Source: Candidatus Deferrimicrobiaceae bacterium
GTDB taxonomy: Bacteria; Desulfobacterota; Deferrimicrobia; Deferrimicrobiales; Deferrimicrobiaceae
DNA length: 64,000 nucleotides
Direction of reading: 5' to 3'
Assembly (NCBI GenBank): GCA_963792415.1
Contig: CAWBVY010000010.1
Coordinates: 1 to 64,000 of the forward strand
Part shown: piece after piece, positions 29,001 through 38,387 of the stretch
How the letters are laid out: each line of letters begins with the position of its first letter
How positions within the stretch are numbered: position 1 is the first letter of the stretch
Notes under the pieces: generated by a model
What the model saw: the letters and a program-made list of their open reading frames with translations, nothing else
Told to the model about the DNA's origin: nothing
The model's database searches: none
Translations under genes and position numbers: made by a program

Positions 29001-30848
29001 TCAGGAATCGTCCCCGAGCTCCTCGGCGTAGGCGCTCTCCGCCTCCCTCAGTTTCTCGCCGAGGGCGACCATCTCCTGGAAGAGCCCCTCGATCCGGACG
29101 CGGGCCGCGAAGGTGGTCGTTTTCAGGGTCCGGATCGCGTTGCCGTCGTTCCTCCGGGACGCCTCGATCAACGCCTCCTCGTCCCCGGGAAGCCGGGACT
29201 CCAGCAGGAGGATCTCCGCCTCGATCGCCTCGACGGCGCTCCGCAGGGCGCCGATCTCCTTCGACCGGCGGGCCACGATCTCCGCGCGCTGGCGCCGCGC
29301 GTCGCGCCCCTTCGCGGGCCGCGCCCGGGAGGACCGTGCCGGGACCCCCTCCCGCCCCTCCGCCCGCCAGCCGACGCGGTCGAGGAAATCCGCGTAGCCG
29401 CCGTCGAACACCGTGACCGACCCGCCGTCGAATACGATCAGCTTCGTCGCCAGGGCGGAGAGGACCCGCTCGATGTGCGTGACGAGGATCACCGCCCCCT
29501 CGAACGCGTCGACCGCCTCGGCGAAGGCGTCCACCGACTCCTGGTCGAGGTGGTTCGTCGGCTCGTCGAGCAGCAGGAGGTTCACCGGGGTGGCGAGGAT
29601 CTTCCCGAGCAGCACGCGGCTGCGCTCCCCGCCCGACAGCACCGAGATCCTCTTCTCCGCGGACGCTCCCCCGAACATCACGGCGCCGCAGAGGGTGCGG
29701 ACCTGGGTCCGCGTGAGGGCGGGGTTCGCCTGCCGCACCTCCTCCTCGACCGAAGATTCCGGGGACAGGCGGTCCACGTTCGTCTGCCCGAAGTAGCCGA
29801 CCTTGAGGTTCGCGGTCGGCTTCACCAGGCCGGAATCCGGGGAGAGCTCCCCCGCGAGCAGCCGGAGCAGGGTCGTCTTCCCCCGCCCGTTCGGCCCCAC
29901 GACCGCGATCCGGTCCCCCTTCGCCACGTGAAGCGACAACTTCTCGATAAGGGGATGCCGGGCGTCGTACCCGAAGGAAAGGTCCGAGACCTCCATCATC
30001 CACTTCCCGGTGAAGGACGCCTCCGTGAAGCGGAAATCGAGGTTCCGCACGTCGGCAAGCTTCTCCATCCGCTCGTGGCGCGCCAGCGCCTTGATGCGCG
30101 ACTGCACGGCGCGCGCCTTGGTGGCCTGCGCCCGGAACCGCGAGATGAAGACCTCCGCCTCCTGCCGCTTCTTCTCGTCGTTTCTCCGGGTCTGCTCGTG
30201 GATCTCCTCCTCCTGGAGGATCTGCCCGTAGAGCTTCTCCGTGCCGCCGGACATCTTCCGCACCCGGGAGCGGTGGATCGCCATCGTGTGGGTCGTGACC
30301 CCGTCCATGAAATCCCGGTCGTGGGTGATCATCAGGAGCGCCCCCCTCCAGCCGCACAGGAAGCGGCGCAGCCACCGGATGGAGACGACGTCCAGGTAGT
30401 TGGTCGGCTCGTCGAGGAGGAGGAGATCGGGGGAGGAAAGGAGGGTGCGGGCGAGGTTGAGGCGCACCTGGTAGCCGCCGGAGAGGGCGGCGGGGGCCAT
30501 GAGGAAGTCGTCCTCGGTAAATCCCAGCCCCGCGAGGACCGCCTTGGCCCGGTACGTCTCGTCCGTCCCGTCCTCCCGCGGGGGGAGCGCGGAGGCCGCT
30601 TCCGCGAGCACCGTCGGGCGGTCGAACCGGAGGTGCTGGGCGAGGTACCCGATCCGGTACCCGGCCGGGACGGTCACCGCGCCGGAATCGGCGGCTTCCT
30701 CCCCCAGCAGGATCCGGAAGAGGGTGGTCTTCCCCGACCCGTTGCGTCCCACCACCCCCACCCGCTCGCCGGACGCCACCTGGAACGAGGCCCCCTCGAA
30801 CAGGGTCTGCCTCCCATAGGTTTTGGACAGGTTGGTGACGGTCAGCAT
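29001..30848 (-). CDS. ABC-F family ATP-binding protein
   Basis: Two ABC domains ([19 protein letters not shown]; [19 protein letters not shown]), no TMs, C-terminal coiled coil. Confidence 0.9.
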   Translation of the reverse strand: MLTVTNLSKTYGRQTLFEGASFQVASGERVGVVGRNGSGKTTLFRILLGEEAADSGAVTVPAGYRIGYLAQHLRFDRPTVLAEAASALPPREDGTDETYRAKAVLAGLGFTEDDFLMAPAALSGGYQVRLNLARTLLSSPDLLLLDEPTNYLDVVSIRWLRRFLCGWRGALLMITHDRDFMDGVTTHTMAIHRSRVRKMSGGTEKLYGQILQEEEIHEQTRRNDEKKRQEAEVFISRFRAQATKARAVQSRIKALARHERMEKLADVRNLDFRFTEASFTGKWMMEVSDLSFGYDARHPLIEKLSLHVAKGDRIAVVGPNGRGKTTLLRLLAGELSPDSGLVKPTANLKVGYFGQTNVDRLSPESSVEEEVRQANPALTRTQVRTLCGAVMFGGASAEKRISVLSGGERSRVLLGKILATPVNLLLLDEPTNHLDQESVDAFAEAVDAFEGAVILVTHIERVLSALATKLIVFDGGSVTVFDGGYADFLDRVGWRAEGREGVPARSSRARPAKGRDARRQRAEIVARRSKEIGALRSAVEAIEAEILLLESRLPGDEEALIEASRRNDGNAIRTLKTTTFAARVRIEGLFQEMVALGEKLREAESAYAEELGDDS

Positions 30849-30981
30849 CGAAGGTTACGGGACAGCGGCGGCATCGATTTCCCTGCGATCAAAGAGATGT
30901 CACCCCACTCCCGTGCAAAATACGTCCCCTGGGGTACCCTCGCAGCAGGAAGAACGGAGGGCACGACACGGTGAAAAGCAG

Positions 30982-31013
30982 AAAGCCCCCCCGGACCGAC
31001 TCCCGGAGGGGCT
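30982..31013 (-). terminator. Terminator downstream of tRNA-Asp
   Basis: GC-rich hairpin followed by T residues on the - strand. Confidence 0.55.
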
Positions 31014-31024
31014 CCGATGATTCA

Positions 31025-31101
<77 letters not shown>

Positions 31102-31253
31102 ATCAAGCAAAAGAAACTTATACAGGACCCGGTCCGGGCTGTCAACACGGGGCGGGCGCGGAAATACGCTCCGCCGGACGGAACCAAAGGGCAAATTCGT
31201 GCGTCCAATCATGACAAACCGGCATATGCCGAACCCCCGGAAAGGGACCCTAC

Positions 31254-32978
31254 ATGTCGAACCTCATGACCGGCGCGAACATCCTGGTGGAGTGCCTCCT
31301 CCGGGAAGGCGTCGAATGCCTCTTCGGATACCCCGGCGGCGTGACCCTCCCCTTCTACGACGTCCTCTACGACGAGAAGGTCAAGCATTACCTCGTCCGC
31401 CACGAGGAGAACGCCTGCTTCGCGGCGCAAGGGTACGCGCGCTCCACCGGGAAGGTCGGCGTCTGCTGCGCCACCTCCGGCCCCGGGGCGACGAATCTCG
31501 TCACCGGGCTGGTGGACGCCCTGCTCGACTCGATCCCCATCGTGGCGATCACCGGGCAGGTGTCGACGAAACTGATCGGGAGCGACGCGTTCCAGGAAGC
31601 GGACACGTTCGGCATCACCCGCTCCTGCACGAAGCACAATTTCCTCGTGAAGAGCGCCGAGGACCTGCCGCGGGCGATCCACGAGGCCTTCTACATCGCG
31701 GCCAGCGGGCGTCCCGGCCCGGTCCTCGTGGACATCCCCAAGGACGTCTTCATCGGGGTCGCGCGCTACGAGCCGGTCGGAACGGTTCACCTGCCGGGGT
31801 ACAAATTCTCCTCCGAGGGGCACGCGGGGCAGGTCCGGCGGGCGGCGGAGATGATGTGGGACGCGGAGCGCCCGATCGTCTACGCGGGCGGCGGAATCAT
31901 CTCCGCCGGCGCGTCCGGGTCGCTGCGCGAGCTCGTGGAAAGGATCGACGCGCCTGCCGTGTGCACGCTGATGGGGCTAGGGTGCCTCCCCTCCAGCCAC
32001 CCGAACTTCATCAGCATGCCCGGCATGCACGGAAGCTACGCCGCGAACATGGCGATGACCGAAACCGACCTGATCATCGCGCTGGGCGCCCGCTTCGACG
32101 ACCGCGTGACGGGAAGGCTCGACGCCTTCGCCCCCCACGCCCAGGTCATCCACGTGGACATCGACCCGGTAGAGATCGGGAAGAACCGGGCGGCGGACGT
32201 GCCGATCGTCGGGAACCTGGCGCCGGTCCTCGAGAAGATGAACACGGTCCTCGCGGAGCTCGCTCCCTCCCGCAAGGACCGGCACGCGGCCGACCGGCGG
32301 GCCTGGAGGGAGAAGATCGCATCGTGGGCGGCGGAGCACCCCTTCGCGCCCACGGTGTCGGACACGGAGATCAAGCCGCAGCACCTGATCCGGGAGATCG
32401 ACCGGCTCTCCGGCGGAGACGCGATCGTCTGTTCCGACGTGGGGCAGCACCAGATGTGGGGAGCGCAGTACCTGCGGTTCAACCGGCCCAGGCTGTGGCT
32501 CAGCTCCGGGGGGCTCGGCGCGATGGGGTTCGGGCTTCCTTCCGCGATCGGCGCGCAGATCGCCAACCCGGGCGCTCTCGTCTTCGCCCTGGTGGGGGAC
32601 GGCGGCTTCCAGATGTCGATCCCCGAGCTGGGGACGGTGGCGAACAACAACCTTCCGATCAAGATCGTCGTGATGAACAACGGGTACCTCGGGATGGTCC
32701 GGCAATGGCAGGAGCTGTTCTACAACAACCGGCTCTCCTCCGTGGCGCTCGCGGGATTCCCCGACGCGTCGATGCTCGCCGGGGCGTACGGGTTCCCCGG
32801 ACGCACGGTCGAGGATCCGGGGGAGATCGGGCAGGCGCTGGACGACGCGGTCCGCCACCCGGGCCCCTACCTGCTCAACGTGAAAGTGTCGCCGTTCGAG
32901 TGCGTCTACCCGATGGTCCCGGCCGGCGCGGCGATCAACGAGATGGTGCTGGGGCCGCCGAAGGCGGCGGCGGTATAG
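31254..32978 (+). CDS. ilvB: Acetolactate synthase large subunit
   Basis: FGYPGG, RHE, TSGPGATN, RFDDRVTG, GDGGFQM...NNGYLGMVRQWQ. Confidence 0.95.
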   Translation: MSNLMTGANILVECLLREGVECLFGYPGGVTLPFYDVLYDEKVKHYLVRHEENACFAAQGYARSTGKVGVCCATSGPGATNLVTGLVDALLDSIPIVAITGQVSTKLIGSDAFQEADTFGITRSCTKHNFLVKSAEDLPRAIHEAFYIAASGRPGPVLVDIPKDVFIGVARYEPVGTVHLPGYKFSSEGHAGQVRRAAEMMWDAERPIVYAGGGIISAGASGSLRELVERIDAPAVCTLMGLGCLPSSHPNFISMPGMHGSYAANMAMTETDLIIALGARFDDRVTGRLDAFAPHAQVIHVDIDPVEIGKNRAADVPIVGNLAPVLEKMNTVLAELAPSRKDRHAADRRAWREKIASWAAEHPFAPTVSDTEIKPQHLIREIDRLSGGDAIVCSDVGQHQMWGAQYLRFNRPRLWLSSGGLGAMGFGLPSAIGAQIANPGALVFALVGDGGFQMSIPELGTVANNNLPIKIVVMNNGYLGMVRQWQELFYNNRLSSVALAGFPDASMLAGAYGFPGRTVEDPGEIGQALDDAVRHPGPYLLNVKVSPFECVYPMVPAGAAINEMVLGPPKAAAV

Positions 32979-33005
32979 GAAATCGAGGGGGAGGGTCGAC
33001 GAGAG

Positions 33006-33551
33006 ATGCTGCAGACGATTTCGATTCTGGTGGAGAACAAGCCGGGGGCGCTGATGCGGATCACCGGGGTGTTGAGCGCGCGCGGGTGGAACATCGACAG
33101 CCTGACGGTCGCGCGGACCCTCGACCCGGCGCAGTCCCGCATGACGATCGTGGTGGACATCGATCCGGTCCTGCGCAGGCAGGTCATGAAGCAGATGAAC
33201 AAGCTGATCAACGTGCTCCAGGCCTGGGACCTGACCGAGTCCCTCGCCGTGCGACGCGAGATGGCGCTGGTACGGGTGCGGGCCACCCCGGCGAACCGCG
33301 CGGGGATCCTGAGGGACGCGGAGATCTACGGGGCGCGGGTGGTGGACGCCACCGCGGACGGCTTCGGGCTGGAGTGCACCGGCCCGGTCGAGAAGGTCGA
33401 GGAGTTCATCGACGCCATGAAGTCCTTCGGGGACATCGACGTCACCCGGTCCGGCATCGTGGCCGTGTCGATGGAGAGCCGGAGGCTCCGGCTGGCCCCG
33501 CCGGTCCAGACGGGGACAAACGGCGCCGCTGAGGGACGTCCGGTCTGCTGA
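33006..33551 (+). CDS. ilvN: Acetolactate synthase small subunit
   Basis: ISILVENKPGAL.RI.G....RG.NIDSL ACT domain; follows ilvB. Confidence 0.92.
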   Translation: MLQTISILVENKPGALMRITGVLSARGWNIDSLTVARTLDPAQSRMTIVVDIDPVLRRQVMKQMNKLINVLQAWDLTESLAVRREMALVRVRATPANRAGILRDAEIYGARVVDATADGFGLECTGPVEKVEEFIDAMKSFGDIDVTRSGIVAVSMESRRLRLAPPVQTGTNGAAEGRPVC

Positions 33552-33584
33552 AACGGCCGAAGGGTACGCAGCCGGTCGCTCCCT

Positions 33585-34049
33585 CTACACCGCGGCCCAA
33601 TCCTCCTGCAGCACCTCGCCCTGCAGGCTCACGATCACGGACTTGACCGGGACCTTCCGGGAACTCTCCTTCAACGCCTGGAGCGCGAGCCCGGCCAGGC
33701 CGCGGCAGCACGGGACCTGCATGATCACCACCGTCAGGGTGTTGATCTTCGACTCCTCGAACAGCCCGCGGATCTTCTCGAGGTAGATCTCCTGGCCCCC
33801 GTCGAGCTTCGGGCAGGCGATCGCGAGGGCCTTCCCCTTCAGGTACGTGTTGTGGAAATCCCCCATGGCGAAGGGGACGCAGTCCGCCGCCAGCACCACG
33901 TCCGCCCCCTGGAAATACGGGGCCGACGGGGAGACCAGGTGCAGCTGGATCGGCCACTGGCGAAGCTGGGAGGGAACCTTCCCCGCCGGAACCTGCGCGT
34001 CGTCGTCCTGCGCAAACGTCATCGTCCTCGAACCCGGGCAACCGCTCAT
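33585..34049 (-). CDS. Cys-rich protein matching the C-terminal domain of FrdX-like Fe-S proteins
   Basis: GCPGSR, SQLRQWPIQLHLV, AADC, ACPKLD, VPCC; GGAGG RBS; no N-terminal 2x[4Fe-4S] motifs. Confidence 0.75.
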   Translation of the reverse strand: MSGCPGSRTMTFAQDDDAQVPAGKVPSQLRQWPIQLHLVSPSAPYFQGADVVLAADCVPFAMGDFHNTYLKGKALAIACPKLDGGQEIYLEKIRGLFEESKINTLTVVIMQVPCCRGLAGLALQALKESSRKVPVKSVIVSLQGEVLQEDWAAV

Positions 34050-34112
34050 CGACCCACCTCCGGAAAGAGTTCGTCTTCAGGAGGATTGTCCGCCGGGAGA
34101 ACCTCGCCGTCC

Positions 34113-34126
34113 TTGACGCAGGTCAA
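34113..34126. promoter_or_regulatory. FNR/HcpR-type palindrome TTGAC-N4-GTCAA
   Basis: TTGACGCAGGTCAA; centred about -41.5 relative to a GACAAT -10-like hexamer (34090-34085, - strand). Confidence 0.7.
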
Positions 34127-34170
34127 CCTGAGTGCTGCGTTTCCTACATGCGGTTGCATTCGAGGGTCGG

Positions 34171-34599
34171 TCAATCGTCGGAAGGCGACACGGGTTTGCG
34201 CACCCGCTTGGTCTCGCCCCGCAGCTGCTTCCCCTCGAGCCGGCGCTCCCTCGATCCCGCGGTCGGCCGGGTCTTCCTTCGTTGCTTTACGGGCGCGGCG
34301 GCCTTCTCCAGCCACTGGGCCAGCCGGTCCCTCGCGTCCCGGCGGTTCCGTTCCCGCGTCCGGAAACGGCTGGCCTCGATGACGAGCACGCCCTCGCCCG
34401 TCACCCGCTTCCCGGCAAGCCGTATCAGCCGTTCGCGCACCCCGTCGGGCAGGGACCGGGAGTTGCGCACGTCGAAGCGGAGCTGGACCGCCGTCGCGAC
34501 CTTGTTGACGTTCTGCCCGCCGGGACCGGAGGAGCGGACGAACCGCTCCTCGATGTCGCCCTCGTGGACGCCGATGGATCGGAATCCGGCGGAGATCAC
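34171..34599 (-). CDS. arfB: Alternative ribosome-rescue peptidyl-tRNA hydrolase ArfB
   Basis: [15 protein letters not shown], basic C-terminal tail RRKTRPT..S.ERRL..K. Confidence 0.92.
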   Translation of the reverse strand: MISAGFRSIGVHEGDIEERFVRSSGPGGQNVNKVATAVQLRFDVRNSRSLPDGVRERLIRLAGKRVTGEGVLVIEASRFRTRERNRRDARDRLAQWLEKAAAPVKQRRKTRPTAGSRERRLEGKQLRGETKRVRKPVSPSDD

Positions 34600-35045
34600 C
34601 AGATCTTGTACGGCAGGTATTTCCCCGACATGGTCACCTTGATCCGGTCGCCCTTCGGGTCCTTCTCCCTTTCGACGTCCATCGTGAAGTCGATGGCGCT
34701 CATGATGCCGTCGCCGAATTTCTCGTGGACGATCGCCTTGAAGGGATAGCCGTACACCTGCATGATTTCGTACAGGCGGTAGATGAGGGGGTCGGTGGGA
34801 ACCACCGGGCCCAGTCCCTTGTTCGGGAAAGAAACCAGGAACGGAACGACCTCTTTCCTCTTACTCCCCAGCCCCAGCCTGGCGACGATCTTTCCGGCTT
34901 CGGCGGCGGTGGCCCGCGCCTGGCCGTAGAAGAGGGCCGACACGAACATTTCGCTGCGGCCGATCCCTTTCCCGATCGCTGCGAACGACAGCTTCTTCTC
35001 CTCCTTGGCCTTCAAGAGCATTTCGGTGGTATTGCAGATCTCCAT
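34596..35045 (-). CDS. cynS: Cyanate hydratase (cyanase)
   Basis: [31 protein letters not shown]. Confidence 0.93.
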   Translation of the reverse strand: MEICNTTEMLLKAKEEKKLSFAAIGKGIGRSEMFVSALFYGQARATAAEAGKIVARLGLGSKRKEVVPFLVSFPNKGLGPVVPTDPLIYRLYEIMQVYGYPFKAIVHEKFGDGIMSAIDFTMDVEREKDPKGDRIKVTMSGKYLPYKIW

Positions 35046-35230
35046 GACCCCTCCTTCAATATGGTGGATTTCCCGTCGCCCGTTCACCGCGGCGGGAAAA
35101 GTATACACTTGGAGACGGTGATTTCGTGCGAAGAATCGGAGGGCCAACGGACGGGTACGGTGAAACGGGCGGGCGCAAATCAGGATCGAAGGGACGGAGG
35201 ATTCTCCGCGACGAACCCTTGGAGAGGGGC

Positions 35231-35971
35231 ATGCGAATGAAGCGATCCCTGGATCTACCGGGTTTCCTGATGATCTTCCTGATGGTTGTCATGGTTTCCC
35301 CTGCCAATGCCGGGTTGATGGAGGACCTGATGAAGAAGGGGGCCGGGATGGGGCAGCCCTCCGGCCCGGGCAACGACCAGATCGTCGCCGGATTGAAGGA
35401 GGCCCTTTCGATCGGGACCGGGAATGCCGTCTCGGCGACCTCGAAGACCGACGGCTACTTCGGCAACCAGGCCATCAAGATCCTCATGCCAGAAAAGATC
35501 CGGAAAGTCGGGGATGTCCTGGGGAAGGTGGGGTATCAGAAAGAGGTGGACGATTTCGTCCTCAGCATGAACCGGGCCGCGGAGAAGGCCGCGCCGCAGG
35601 CCAAGGCGATCTTCATCGACGCCGTTCACCAGATGACCGTCGAGGATGCCCGGAAGATCCTCGACGGCGGCGACACCGCCGCCACCGAGTACTTCAAGTC
35701 GAAAACCTCCGGGAAGTTGCACGAAGCCTTCCAGCCCATCGTGTCGTCCAGCATGAGCGAGGTCGGCACGACCCGCTCCTACAAGGAGATGATGGACAAG
35801 TACAAGACCGTTCCTTTTGCCGGCAGCGAGTCGCTGGACCTGGACCGGTACGTCACCGACAAATCCCTGGACGGGCTCTTCCACCTGGTGGCCCAGGAGG
35901 AGATCAAGATCCGGAAAGACCCCGCCGCCAGGGTGACCGACCTTCTGAAAACCGTTTTCGGCGGGAAATAG
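35231..35971 (+). CDS. DUF4197 family secreted protein
   Basis: GLKEAL.IG...AV, DGYFGN...[30 protein letters not shown]. Confidence 0.88.
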   Translation: MRMKRSLDLPGFLMIFLMVVMVSPANAGLMEDLMKKGAGMGQPSGPGNDQIVAGLKEALSIGTGNAVSATSKTDGYFGNQAIKILMPEKIRKVGDVLGKVGYQKEVDDFVLSMNRAAEKAAPQAKAIFIDAVHQMTVEDARKILDGGDTAATEYFKSKTSGKLHEAFQPIVSSSMSEVGTTRSYKEMMDKYKTVPFAGSESLDLDRYVTDKSLDGLFHLVAQEEIKIRKDPAARVTDLLKTVFGGK

Positions 35972-35987
35972 TTCCTGGAGCAGGGAA

Positions 35988-36020
35988 AAGGGGAACGTGG
36001 CGCGGGGCCACGTTCCCCTT
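35988..36020. terminator. Hairpin between convergent DUF4197 and mscL genes
   Basis: AAGGGGAACGTGGC-N5-GCCACGTTCCCCTT. Confidence 0.7.
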
Positions 36021-36040
36021 GGAGGATTGCGTCGGCGCCC

Positions 36041-36496
36041 CTATGCCGCCTTGAGCTCCGAGGTGCAGTGGCCGCATCGCGTCGCCTTGACGGGGATGGT
36101 CGACAGGCAGTGCGGGCACTCCTTCGTCGTCGGCGCGGCGGCGGGAGCCTCTTCCTTCTTCTTCAAGGAGTTCATCCCCCGGATCAGGAAGAAGATGGCG
36201 AAGGCGACGATCAGGAAATTGACGACGGTGTTCACGAAGATCCCGTAGTTGAGCGTCACCGCTCCCGCCGCCTTGGCCGCGGCGACCGTCGCGTAGGGAC
36301 CCGCGGTCGTCCCTTCCTTGAGCACGACGAAGAGGTTCGCGAAGTCCACGCCCCCGAGAAGGAGGCCGATCGGCGGCATCAGGACCTCGGCTACCAGCGC
36401 TGCGATGATCATTCCGAAGGCCGCGCCGATGATGATGCCCACGGCCATGTCGACGACGTTCCCGCGCATCGCGAATTCCTTGAATTCCTTCAACAT
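36041..36496 (-). CDS. mscL: Large-conductance mechanosensitive channel with C-terminal zinc-ribbon
   Basis: [27 protein letters not shown]; tail CPHC...RCGHCTS. Confidence 0.93.
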   Translation of the reverse strand: MLKEFKEFAMRGNVVDMAVGIIIGAAFGMIIAALVAEVLMPPIGLLLGGVDFANLFVVLKEGTTAGPYATVAAAKAAGAVTLNYGIFVNTVVNFLIVAFAIFFLIRGMNSLKKKEEAPAAAPTTKECPHCLSTIPVKATRCGHCTSELKAA

Positions 36497-36580
36497 GTCC
36501 GATCCCCTCTCTCCTGGTATGCTGCGTTGAAAGCTCCTGCCATCTTGGATAAATACAGTAAATTGCATTATTCACCAAAC

Positions 36581-36596
36581 AGCAACGAAATTGCCA
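36581..36596 (-). promoter_or_regulatory. Putative sigma54 promoter of mscL
   Basis: TGGCAA-TTTCG-TTGCT on - strand, about 85 bp upstream of the start. Confidence 0.55.
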
Positions 36597-36609
36597 CAGG
36601 GAGGTAACG

Positions 36610-36714
36610 ATGGGTTTCCTCGATGATGTCGTTGGGAAGGCGACGGGGGCGGCCGGCGGAAGCGGCGGGGTGCCATGCACGATCCGTCAGGAAAAAGAAA
36701 GGGGGTGCGGATAA
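36610..36714 (+). pseudogene. Truncated 5' fragment resembling YidB/DUF937 N-terminus
   Basis: GGAGG RBS + MGFLDDVVGKATGAAGGSGG, then runs into unrelated AT-richer sequence. Confidence 0.4.
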
Positions 36715-36981
36715 TCACTCACATCACCGATGTAAACCCAGGTTGTCCCGGTGTGATAACGTGACTCTATGAACGGCCCATTACTGATCAGTCTTCTGCC
36801 CCCGGAACAGACCTGGGACTCCCCAGTCGCTATTTCCGGCCACACCTCATTCGTTGCCATTCTCCTACTGATCGGTTTCCTCCTGTCCCTATTGCTGCGT
36901 CATCCGGGTCATTGACCCGTCCCCAGATCGCCGAGGCGCAACGGTTGGTCTGGAAGGGGAAGCCGAAGAAGGAGAAGTACG

Positions 36982-37164
36982 TCAGACCACCACACTTCCC
37001 TGCGGCAACTCCGGCAGGGGTATCCAATGCGTGATGTTCTGAATGGGCGTGTCTCCGAAAGCGAGGTGCCAGGCCCCTCCCGGCGAGACGTATGCCACGA
37101 AGTAGCTAACGCGCATCCAGGAACACGCCAACACTCTCTTTCCAATGGGCGGCAAGGAGCGCAA
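36982..37164 (-). pseudogene. DUF551-like phage protein or fragment
   Basis: LPPIGKRVL...ITHWIPLPELP matches the LP...VL...THW.PLP..P pattern. Confidence 0.5.
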
Positions 37165-37288
37165 GGAGTCTTACAGCAACGCTCCGAGCGACCTTCCCAC
37201 CCTCAGCGGGAACCCTCCGAAGGTACGCAGCAACAGTTGGCAGGCGCAGACGGCCCGGTGAAAGCCTTCGCTTTCATCGGGCCTCACT

Positions 37289-37594
37289 CTAAGCGGTGGA
37301 GGCGATGTTGCGTGATTTCGAAGGTTCTGGAGACAAGGAATGACTTTCTGGTGTCCTTCCTTCGAAGCCGTGACTATATCCTCGTGCATACGTATCGATG
37401 TAAGAGTCTCCGCTGCCGCCAAGAGAGTATTCGGCCAGCATGCGGTGCTCCTCGATCCATTCATCCGAAACACCGAAAACCTGAGCCTCTATTCCCCGGT
37501 GGTATCCTCGGAGATACTCAACCCACAGCGGTTCCGAAGAATCGTCCATCCGATCGATGATAGTGAAATGGGGACTGCGTTCATTCTTGTCCAT
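37289..37594 (-). CDS. Hypothetical protein (101 aa)
   Basis: ATG two nt after upstream stop; two Y.RGY..G motifs. Confidence 0.5.
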   Translation of the reverse strand: MDKNERSPHFTIIDRMDDSSEPLWVEYLRGYHRGIEAQVFGVSDEWIEEHRMLAEYSLGGSGDSYIDTYARGYSHGFEGRTPESHSLSPEPSKSRNIASTA

Positions 37595-37596
37595 CC

Positions 37597-37746
37597 TTAT
37601 CCCGCCTTACCCGACCCGCATTGTAAATGTATGGCAATACCCATAAGGACTAATCCAAGGAGAAGTTTTGCCTTCAGGTCGGTGATGGTTCCGGTGGCAA
37701 TCACACCAACGACCACTCCTGCAATCAAAATTAACCATATGGTCAT
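37597..37746 (-). CDS. Small two-TM hypothetical protein (49 aa)
   Basis: GGAGG RBS; MTIWLILIAGVVVGVIATG...LLLGLVLMGIAI. Confidence 0.4.
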   Translation of the reverse strand: MTIWLILIAGVVVGVIATGTITDLKAKLLLGLVLMGIAIHLQCGSGKAG

Positions 37747-38111
37747 GCGATCCCCCCCTCCATACCACCAGGTTGGGTTGCCGCCACGCCTTCCGAACGC
37801 GAAAATTAAATGCATATTTCGAACCATTGCAAATCCATTGAAATATCTACGAAATCGGTCCGATGACCCGCGGCGGGAGATACAAAATTGTAATGGAAGC
37901 ACGACATTGAACGAATCCCATACTCATACATGTGTCGTGCGGTATGTGCGAGCGGGAGCGGTACTCCGTAGACCGCAGCGGCTTGTGCGGCCCCTGTAGG
38001 ACAGGCAAGTACGACAAACCGGGGGTATCCGATGCCTAACAGATCATCGACTGCGTGTCATCCACTACATGACGATACGGCATAAGTAACGGTATAAGTA
38101 AACCAAAGACA

Positions 38112-38150
38112 AAAAACAAGGGGCTACGGTTTAACCCGTAACCCCTTGTT
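38112..38150 (-). terminator. Terminator-like hairpin 3' of tRNA-Val
   Basis: AACAAGGGGTTACGG...CCGTAGCCCCTTGTT plus T-run on - strand. Confidence 0.65.
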
Positions 38151-38157
38151 ATTGCTT

Positions 38158-38233
38158 TGGTAGGCGGAACAGGACTCGAACCTGCGACCCTCGCCTTGTA
38201 AGGGCGATGCTCTACCAACTGAGCTATCCGCCC
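38158..38233 (-). tRNA. tRNA-Val(TAC)
   Basis: 76-nt GGGCGGATAGCTCAG...TCGCC-CTTACAA-GGCGA...GTTCGAG...CCA. Confidence 0.95.
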
Positions 38234-38387
38234 GCCCGGATCTCTCCGCGCGAAGCCACACCGTAGCAGGCGTCCGTCTCGACTGTCAACCGGGGCCCCT
38301 GCTTTGGTATGATGCCCCACGGACCCGATGTGGATCGACGGGTGCCGACAAGCCGCGGCCATCGTCGCGGATTCCGGGGGAGATCAC

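Larger units (their letters stand above)
36680..38157. mobile_element. Decayed AT-richer insert at the 3' end of tRNA-Val
   Basis: Visible GC drop, short atypical ORFs, phage-like fragment, abuts tRNA 3' end; no integrase or att duplication seen. Confidence 0.5.

Noticed and set aside
36600-38233. Intact integrase or attL/attR duplication for a tRNA-Val island
   Set aside because: No recombinase ORF and no second copy of the tRNA 3' end found by eye in this window.
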